In this document: one piece after another, positions 54,301-64,000 of the stretch
How positions within the stretch are numbered: position 1 is the stretch's first letter
Layout: each line of letters starts with the position of its first letter
Origin: Auanema rhodensis
Taxonomy: Eukaryota; Animalia; Nematoda
Assembly (NCBI GenBank): GCA_964057225.1
Contig: OZ059899.1
Span: forward strand, 18,290,001 to 18,354,000
Direction of reading: 5' to 3'
DNA: 64,000 bases
Position numbers and translations under genes: made by a program
The notes under the pieces: model-generated
What the model saw: only the letters and a program-made list of their open reading frames with translations
What the model was told of the DNA's origin: nothing
Database searches by the model: none

Positions 54301-56734
54301 ATTGAGGGTTTCTCAATGTAGTATAGTGCATTCGATGCGGATTTTTAAGCTGCGTCGATCTGTGTTATCAGATTTGCGCTAGCTTAAAAAAGCACCGAGA
54401 TATCAACTGATATAAGTTCACACTTATATCTTCGATTTTCACCCTGAAGAATTAATTTTTTTGTTGAATAACATTGTCCATCGTCTTCACCTTGAAAAAA
54501 AGAATCTAAAAACATCTACTTTTTGTAAAATTATCTTGAAATTTTTCGGGAAAATTTTTGTCAAAATGTTTTTGGAAGCAATGTTGAGTGTACATGGAAA
54601 CTCAACATACACTAATACATCATTTTCTAAACGATCATAACTAATTTTTGTATTGAGGGTTTCTTAATGTAGTATAGTGCATTCGATGCGGAATTTTAAG
54701 CTGCGTCGATCTGTGTTATCAGATTTGCGCTATCTTTAAAATGCACCGATATATCAACTGATATAAGTTCACACTTATATCCTCGATTTTCACCCTGAAG
54801 AATTAATTTTTTTGTTGAATAACATTGTCCATCGTCTTCACCTTGAAAAAAAGAATCTAAAAACATCTACTTTTTGTAAAATTATCTTGAAATTTTTCGG
54901 GAAAATTTTTGTCAAAATGTTTTTGGAAGCAATGTTGAGTGTACATGGAAACTCAACATACACTAATACAACATTTTTTAAACGATCATAACTAATTTTT
55001 GTATTGAGGGTTTCTCAATGTAGTATAGTGCATTCGATGCGGATTTTTAAGCTGCGTCGATCTGTGTTATCAGATTTGCGCTAGCTTAAAAAAGCACCGA
55101 GATATCAACTGATATAAGTTCACACTTATATCCTCGATTTTCACCCTGAAAAATTGATTTTTTCGTTGAATAACATTGTCCATCGTCTTTGCCTTGAAAA
55201 AAGGAATCTAAAAACATCTACTTTTTGTAAAATTATTTTGAAATTTTTAGGGAAAATTTTTGTCAAAATGTTTTTGAAAGCAATGTTGAGTGTACATGGA
55301 AACTCAACATACACTAATACATCATTTTTCAAACGATCATAACTAATTTTTGTATTGAGGGTTTCTCAATGTAGTATAGTGCATTCGATGCGGATTTTTA
55401 AGCTGCGTCGATCTGTGTTATCAGATTTGCGCTAGCTTAAAAAAGCACCGAGATATCAACTGAGATAAGTTCACACTTATATCCTCGATTTTCACCCTGA
55501 AAAATTGATTTTTTCGTTGAATAACATTGTCCATCGTCTTTGCCTTGAAAAAAGGAATCTAAAAACATCTACTTTTTGTGAAATTATTTCGAAATTTTTA
55601 GGGAAAATTTTTGTCAAAATGTTTTTGAAAGCAATGTTGAGTGTACATGGAAACTCAACATACACTAATACATCATTTTTTAAACGATCATAACTAATTT
55701 TTGTATTAAGCGTTTCTCAATGTTGTATAGTGCATTCGATGCGGATTTTTAAGCTGCGTCGATCTGTGTTATCAGATTTGCGCTAGCTTAAAAAAGCACC
55801 GAGATATCAACTGATATAAGTTCACACTTATATCTTCGATTTTCACCCTGAAGAATTAATTTTTTTGTTGAATAACATTGTCCATCGTCTTCGCCTTGAA
55901 AAAAGAAATCTAAAAACATCTACTTTTTGTGAAATTATTTCGAAATTTTTAGGGAAAATTTTTGTCAAAATGTTTTTGGAAGCAATGTTGAGTGTACATG
56001 GAAACTCAACATACACTAATACAACATTTTTTAAACGATCATAACTAATTTTTGTATTGAGGGTTTCTCAATGTAGTATAGTGCATTCGAATCGGATTTT
56101 TAAGCTGCGTCGATCTGTGTTATCAGATTTGCGCTAGCTTAAAAAAGCACCGAGATATCAACTGATATAAGTTCACACTTATATCCTCGATTTTCACCCT
56201 GAAAAATTGATTTTTTCGTTGAATAACATTGTCCATCGTCTTTGCCTTGAAAAAAGGAATCTAAAAACATCTACTTTTTGTAAAATTATTTTGAAATTTT
56301 TAGGGAAAATTTTTGTCAAAATGTTTTTGAAAGCAATGTTGAGTGTACATGGAAACTCAACATACACTAATACATCATTTTTCAAACGATCATAACTAAT
56401 TTTTGTATTGAGGGTTTCTCAATGTAGTATAGTGCATTCGATGCGGATTTTTAAGCTGCGTCGATCTGTGTTATCAGATTTGCGCTAGCTTAAAAAAGCA
56501 CCGAGATATCAACTGAGATAAGTTCACACTTATATCCTCGATTTTCACCCTGAAAAATTGATTTTTTCGTTGAATAACATTGTCCATCGTCTTTGCCTTG
56601 AAAAAAGGAATCTAAAAACATCTACTTTTTGTGAAATTATTTCGAAATTTTTAGGGAAAATTTTTGTCAAAATGTTTTTGAAAGCAATGTTGAGTGTACA
56701 TGGAAACTCAACATACACTAATACATCATTTTTT

Positions 56735-59700
56735 AAACGATCATAACTAATTTTTGTATTGAGGGTTTCTCAATGTAGTATAGTGCATTCGATGCGGATT
56801 TTTAAGCTGCGTCGATCTGTGTTATCAGATTTGCGCTAGCTTAAAAAAGCACCGAGATATCAACTGATATAAGTTCACACTTATATCCTCGATTTTCACC
56901 CTGAAAAATTGATTTTTTCGTTGAATAACATTGTCCATCGTCTTTGCCTTGAAAAAAGGAATCTAAAAACATCTACTTTTTGTAAAATTATTTTGAAATT
57001 TTTAGGGAAAATTTTTGTCAAAATGTTTTTGAAAGCAATGTTGAGTGTACATGGAAACTCAACATACACTAATACATCATTTTCTAAACGATCATAACTA
57101 ATTTTTGTATTGAGGGTTTCTCAATGTAGTATAGTGCATTCGATGCGGATTTTTAAGCTGCGTCGATCTGTGTTATCAGATTTGCGCTAGCTTAAAAAAG
57201 CACCGAGATATCAACTGATATAAGTTCACACTTATATCCTCGATTTTCACCCTGAAGAATTAATTTTTTTGTTGAATAACATTGTCCATCGTCTTCGCCT
57301 TGAAAAAAGGAATCTAAAAACATCTACTTTTTGTGAAATTATTTCGAAATTTTTAGGGAAAATTTTTGTCAAAATGTTTTTGGAAGCAATGTTGAGTGTA
57401 CATGGAAACTCAACATACACTAATACATCATTTTTTAAACGATCATAACTAATTTTTGTATTGAGGGTTTCTCAATGTAGTATAGTGCATTCGATGCGGA
57501 TTTTTAAGCTGCGTCGATCTGTGTCATCAGATTTGCGCTAGCTTAAAAAAGCACCGAGATATCAACTGATATAAGTTCACACTTATATCTTCGATTTTCA
57601 CCCTGAAGAATTAATTTTTTTGTTGAATAACATTGTCCATCGTCTTCGCCTTGAAAAAAGGAATCTAAAAACATCTACTTTTTGTGAAATTATTTCGAAA
57701 TTTTTAGGGAAAATTTTTGTCAAAATGTTTTTGGAAGCAATGTTGAGTGTACATGGAAACTCAACATACACTAATACATCATTTTTTAAACGATCATAAC
57801 TAATTTTTGTATTGAGGGTTTCTCAATGTAGTATAGTGCATTCGATGCGGATTTTTAAGCTGCGTCGATCTGTGTTATCAGATTTGCGCTAGCTTAAAAA
57901 TGCACCGAGATATCAACTGATATTAGTTCACACTTATATCCTCGATTTTCACCCTGAAGAATTAATTTTTTTGTTGAATAACATTGTCCATCGTCTTCGC
58001 CTTAAAAAAAGGAATCTAAAAACATCTACTTTTCGTGAAATTATTTCGAAATTTTTAGGTAAAATTTTTGTCAAAATGTTTTTGAAAGCAATGTTGAGTG
58101 TACATGGAAACTCAACATACACTAATGCATCATTTTTCAAACGATCATGACTAATTTTTGTATTGAGGGTTTCTCAATAAAGTATAGTGCATTCGATGCG
58201 GATTTTTAAGCTGCGTCGATCTGTGTTATCAGATTTGCGCTAGCTTAAAAATGAACCGAGATATCAACTGATATAAGTTCACACTTATAATCTCGATTTT
58301 CACCCTGAAGAATTAATTTTTTTGTTGAATAACATTGTCCATCGTCTTCGCCTTGAAAAAAGGAATCTAAAAACATCTACTTTTTGTGAAATTATTTTGA
58401 AATTTTCAGGGAAAATTTTTGTCAAAATGTTTTTGGAAGCAATGTTGAGTGTACATGGAAACTCAACATACACTAATGCATCATTTTTCAAACGATCATG
58501 ACTAATTTTTGTATTAAGCGTTTCTCAATGTTGTATAGTGCATTCGATGCGGATTTTTAAGCTGCGTCGATCTATGTTATCAGATTTGCGCTAGCTTAAA
58601 AATGCACCGAGATATCAACTGATATAAGTTCACACTTATAATCTCGATTTTCACCCTGAAGAATTAATTTTTTTGTTGAATAACATTGTCCATCGTCTTC
58701 GCCTTGAAAAAAGGAATCTAAAAACATCTACTTTTTTTGAAATTATTTCGAAATTTTTAGGGAAAATTTTTGTCAAAATGTTTTTGAAAGCAATGTTGAG
58801 TGTACATGGAAACTCAACATACACTAATGCATCATTTTTCAAACGATCATGACTAATTTTTGTATTAAGCGTTTCTCAATGTAGTATAGTGCATTCGATG
58901 CGGATTTTTAAGCTGCGTCGATCTGTGTTATCAGATTTGCGCTAGCTTAAAAATGTACCGAGATATCAACTGATATAAGTTCACACTTATATCCTCGATT
59001 TTCACCCTGAAAAATTGATTTTTTCGTTGAATAACACTGTCCATCGTCTTTGCCTTGAAAAAAGGAATCTAAAAACATCTACTTTTTGTGAAATTATTTT
59101 GAAATTTTCAGGGAAAATTTTTGTCGAAATGTTTTTGGAAGCAATGTTGAGTGTACATGGAAACTCAACATACACTAATGCATCATTTTTCAAACGATCA
59201 TGACTAATTTTTGTATTAAGCGTTTCTCAATGTTGTATAGTGCATTCGATGCGGATTTTTAAGCTGCGTCGATCTGTGTTATCAGATTTGCGCTAGCTTA
59301 AAAAAGCACCGAGATATCAACTGATATAAGTTCACACTTATATCTTCGATTTTCACCCTGAAGAATTAATTTTTTTGTTGAATAACATTGTCCATCGTCT
59401 TCGCCTTGAAAAAAGAAATCTAAAAACATCTACTTTTTGTGAAATTATTTCGAAATTTTTAGGGAAAATTTTTGTCAAAATGTTTTTGGAAGCAATGTTG
59501 AGTGTACATGGAAACTCAACATACACTAATACAACATTTTTTAAACGATCATAACTAATTTTTGTATTGAGGGTTTCTCAATGTAGTATAGTGCATTCGA
59601 ATCGGATTTTTAAGCTGCGTCGATCTGTGTTATCAGATTTGCGCTAGCTTAAAAAAGCACCGAGATATCAACTGATATAAGTTCACACTTATATCCTCGA

Positions 59701-62700
59701 TTTTCACCCTGAAAAATTGATTTTTTCGTTGAATAACATTGTCCATCGTCTTTGCCTTGAAAAAAGGAATCTAAAAACATCTACTTTTTGTAAAATTATT
59801 TTGAAATTTTTAGGGAAAATTTTTGTCAAAATGTTTTTGAAAGCAATGTTGAGTGTACATGGAAACTCAACATACACTAATACATCATTTTTCAAACGAT
59901 CATAACTAATTTTTGTATTGAGGGTTTCTCAATGTAGTATAGTGCATTCGATGCGGATTTTTAAGCTGCGTCGATCTGTGTTATCAGATTTGCGCTAGCT
60001 TAAAAAAGCACCGAGATATCAACTGATATAAGTTCACACTTATATCCTCGATTTTCACCCTGAAAAATTGATTTTTTCGTTGAATAACATTGTCCATCGT
60101 CTTTGCCTTGAAAAAAGGAATCTAAAAACATCTACTTTTTGTAAAATTATTTTGAAATTTTTAGGGAAAATTTTTGTCAAAATGTTTTTGAAAGCAATGT
60201 TGAGTGTACATGGAAACTCAACATACACTAATACATCATTTTCTAAACGATCATAACTAATTTTTGTATTGAGGGTTTCTCAATGTAGTATAGTGCATTC
60301 GATGCGGATTTTTAAGCTGCGTCGATCTGTGTTATCAGATTTGCGCTAGCTTAAAAAAGCACCGAGATATCAACTGATATAAGTTCACACTTATATCCTC
60401 GATTTTCACCCTGAAGAATTAATTTTTTTGTTGAATAACATTGTCCATCGTCTTCGCCTTGAAAAAAGGAATCTAAAAACATCTACTTTTTGTGAAATTA
60501 TTTCGAAATTTTTAGGGAAAATTTTTGTCAAAATGTTTTTGGAAGCAATGTTGAGTGTACATGGAAACTCAACATACACTAATACATCATTTTTTAAACG
60601 ATCATAACTAATTTTTGTATTGAGGGTTTCTCAATGTAGTATAGTGCATTCGATGCGGATTTTTAAGCTGCGTCGATCTGTGTCATCAGATTTGCGCTAG
60701 CTTAAAAAAGCACCGAGATATCAACTGATATAAGTTCACACTTATATCTTCGATTTTCACCCTGAAGAATTAATTTTTTTGTTGAATAACATTGTCCATC
60801 GTCTTCGCCTTGAAAAAAGGAATCTAAAAACATCTACTTTTTGTGAAATTATTTCGAAATTTTTAGGGAAAATTTTTGTCAAAATGTTTTTGGAAGCAAT
60901 GTTGAGTGTACATGGAAACTCAACATACACTAATACATCATTTTTTAAACGATCATAACTAATTTTTGTATTGAGGGTTTCTCAATGTAGTATAGTGCAT
61001 TCGATGCGGATTTTTAAGCTGCGTCGATCTGTGTTATCAGATTTGCGCTAGCTTAAAAATGCACCGAGATATCAACTGATATTAGTTCACACTTATATCC
61101 TCGATTTTCACCCTGAAGAATTAATTTTTTTGTTGAATAACATTGTCCATCGTCTTCGCCTTAAAAAAAGGAATCTAAAAACATCTACTTTTCGTGAAAT
61201 TATTTCGAAATTTTTAGGTAAAATTTTTGTCAAAATGTTTTTGAAAGCAATGTTGAGTGTACATGGAAACTCAACATACACTAATGCATCATTTTTCAAA
61301 CGATCATGACTAATTTTTGTATTGAGGGTTTCTCAATAAAGTATAGTGCATTCGATGCGGATTTTTAAGCTGCGTCGATCTGTGTTATCAGATTTGCGCT
61401 AGCTTAAAAATGAACCGAGATATCAACTGATATAAGTTCACACTTATAATCTCGATTTTCACCCTGAAGAATTAATTTTTTTGTTGAATAACATTGTCCA
61501 TCGTCTTCGCCTTGAAAAAAGGAATCTAAAAACATCTACTTTTTGTGAAATTATTTTGAAATTTTCAGGGAAAATTTTTGTCAAAATGTTTTTGGAAGCA
61601 ATGTTGAGTGTACATGGAAACTCAACATACACTAATGCATCATTTTTCAAACGATCATGACTAATTTTTGTATTAAGCGTTTCTCAATGTTGTATAGTGC
61701 ATTCGATGCGGATTTTTAAGCTGCGTCGATCTATGTTATCAGATTTGCGCTAGCTTAAAAATGCACCGAGATATCAACTGATATAAGTTCACACTTATAA
61801 TCTCGATTTTCACCCTGAAGAATTAATTTTTTTGTTGAATAACATTGTCCATCGTCTTCGCCTTGAAAAAAGGAATCTAAAAACATCTACTTTTTTTGAA
61901 ATTATTTCGAAATTTTTAGGGAAAATTTTTGTCAAAATGTTTTTGAAAGCAATGTTGAGTGTACATGGAAACTCAACATACACTAATGCATCATTTTTCA
62001 AACGATCATGACTAATTTTTGTATTAAGCGTTTCTCAATGTAGTATAGTGCATTCGATGCGGATTTTTAAGCTGCGTCGATCTGTGTTATCAGATTTGCG
62101 CTAGCTTAAAAATGTACCGAGATATCAACTGATATAAGTTCACACTTATATCCTCGATTTTCACCCTGAAAAATTGATTTTTTCGTTGAATAACACTGTC
62201 CATCGTCTTTGCCTTGAAAAAAGGAATCTAAAAACATCTACTTTTTGTGAAATTATTTTGAAATTTTCAGGGAAAATTTTTGTCGAAATGTTTTTGGAAG
62301 CAATGTTGAGTGTACATGGAAACTCAACATACACTAATGCATCATTTTTCAAACGATCATGACTAATTTTTGTATTAAGCGTTTCTCAATGTTGTATAGT
62401 GCATTCGATGCGGATTTTTAAGCTGCGTCGATCTGTGTTATCAGATTTGCGCTAGCTTAAAAAAGCACCGAGATATCAACTGATATAAGTTCACACTTAT
62501 ATCTTCGATTTTCACCCTGAAGAATTAATTTTTTTGTTGAATAACATTGTCCATCGTCTTCGCCTTGAAAAAAGAAATCTAAAAACATCTACTTTTTGTG
62601 AAATTATTTCGAAATTTTTAGGGAAAATTTTTGTCAAAATGTTTTTGGAAGCAATGTTGAGTGTACATGGAAACTCAACATACACTAATACAACATTTTT

Positions 62701-63978
62701 TAAACGATCATAACTAATTTTTGTATTGAGGGTTTCTCAATGTAGTATAGTGCATTCGAATCGGATTTTTAAGCTGCGTCGATCTGTGTTATCAGATTTG
62801 CGCTAGCTTAAAAAAGCACCGAGATATCAACTGATATAAGTTCACACTTATATCCTCGATTTTCACCCTGAAAAATTGATTTTTTCGTTGAATAACATTG
62901 TCCATCGTCTTTGCCTTGAAAAAAGGAATCTAAAAACATCTACTTTTTGTAAAATTATTTTGAAATTTTTAGGGAAAATTTTTGTCAAAATGTTTTTGAA
63001 AGCAATGTTGAGTGTACATGGAAACTCAACATACACTAATACATCATTTTTCAAACGATCATAACTAATTTTTGTATTGAGGGTTTCTCAATGTAGTATA
63101 GTGCATTCGATGCGGATTTTTAAGCTGCGTCGATCTGTGTTATCAGATTTGCGCTAGCTTAAAAAAGCACCGAGATATCAACTGATATAAGTTCACACTT
63201 ATATCCTCGATTTTCACCCTGAAAAATTGATTTTTTCGTTGAATAACATTGTCCATCGTCTTTGCCTTGAAAAAAGGAATCTAAAAACATCTACTTTTTG
63301 TAAAATTATTTTGAAATTTTTAGGGAAAATTTTTGTCAAAATGTTTTTGAAAGCAATGTTGAGTGTACATGGAAACTCAACATACACTAATACATCATTT
63401 TCTAAACGATCATAACTAATTTTTGTATTGAGGGTTTCTCAATGTAGTATAGTGCATTCGATGCGGATTTTTAAGCTGCGTCGATCTGTGTTATCAGATT
63501 TGCGCTAGCTTAAAAAAGCACCGAGATATCAACTGATATAAGTTCACACTTATATCCTCGATTTTCACCCTGAAGAATTAATTTTTTTGTTGAATAACAT
63601 TGTCCATCGTCTTCGCCTTGAAAAAAGGAATCTAAAAACATCTACTTTTTGTGAAATTATTTCGAAATTTTTAGGGAAAATTTTTGTCAAAATGTTTTTG
63701 GAAGCAATGTTGAGTGTACATGGAAACTCAACATACACTAATACATCATTTTTTAAACGATCATAACTAATTTTTGTATTGAGGGTTTCTCAATGTAGTA
63801 TAGTGCATTCGATGCGGATTTTTAAGCTGCGTCGATCTGTGTCATCAGATTTGCGCTAGCTTAAAAAAGCACCGAGATATCAACTGATATAAGTTCACAC
63901 TTATATCTTCGATTTTCACCCTGAAGAATTAATTTTTTTGTTGAATAACATTGTCCATCGTCTTCGCCTTGAAAAAAG
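56735..63978. repeat. Local higher-order repeat: 3159-bp 9-mer, ~2.3 copies, apparently identical
   Basis: ORF anchors 56909/60068/63227, 57949/61108, 58300/61459, 58651/61810, 59002/62161, 59704/62863; marker gtgtcatcag near 57525, 60684 and 63843. Confidence 0.93.
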
Positions 63979-64000
63979 CAATCTAAAAACAACTACTTTT

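Larger units (their letters stand above)
1..64000. repeat. Satellite DNA: head-to-tail tandem array of a 351-bp AT-rich monomer, 182 full copies plus a partial copy; extends beyond both window edges
   Basis: The motif aaaa(t/a)gcaccga recurs at 1, 352, 703 ... 63864. ORF-track anchors are spaced by multiples of 351 with small indel offsets (53 to 63214 = 180 x 351 - 19). No non-repeat sequence was seen. Confidence 0.99.

Noticed and set aside
53-63415. Repeated 62-71 aa ORFs on both strands (MKNDALVYVEF..., MIFSLNNIVHR...)
   Set aside because: They are overlapping antisense frames of the same monomer, mostly with TTG starts. They are lost in many copies through stops, start loss or frameshifts. 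The K/F/I/N-rich composition simply reflects A/T tracts and there is no recognisable domain.
1-64000. CRISPR array or other repeat-spacer system
   Set aside because: There are no unique spacers: the whole 351 bp is repeated, and variation is limited to SNPs and 1-2 bp indels. No cas genes.

Overview
The whole 64 kb window is one uninterrupted head-to-tail tandem array (satellite DNA) of a 351-bp monomer: 182 complete copies plus a 137-bp partial copy, all in the same orientation. Monomer 1 is about 32% GC by hand count (112/351). I saw no insertions, inversions, genes, RNA genes or CRISPR spacers, and every entry in the ORF track is the same chance reading frame in the monomer, so I found no protein-coding system. 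The interesting structure is in the repeat itself. (i) Each monomer carries five short inverted repeats, two of which are completed by G.T pairs only on the + strand, and a nearly invariant 40-bp box. (ii) Monomer length is tightly held at 349-352 bp. (iii) SNP haplotypes define short-lived local higher-order repeats (2-, 4-, 5-, 7-, 9-mers), chimeric monomers and larger variant layers, including a ~23.5 kb layer nested between related flanks. This looks like eukaryotic (peri)centromeric or heterochromatic satellite. The lack of CpG depletion fits an invertebrate such as an insect, but I cannot identify the species or satellite family from sequence alone. Variant calls were read by eye and block boundaries are approximate.
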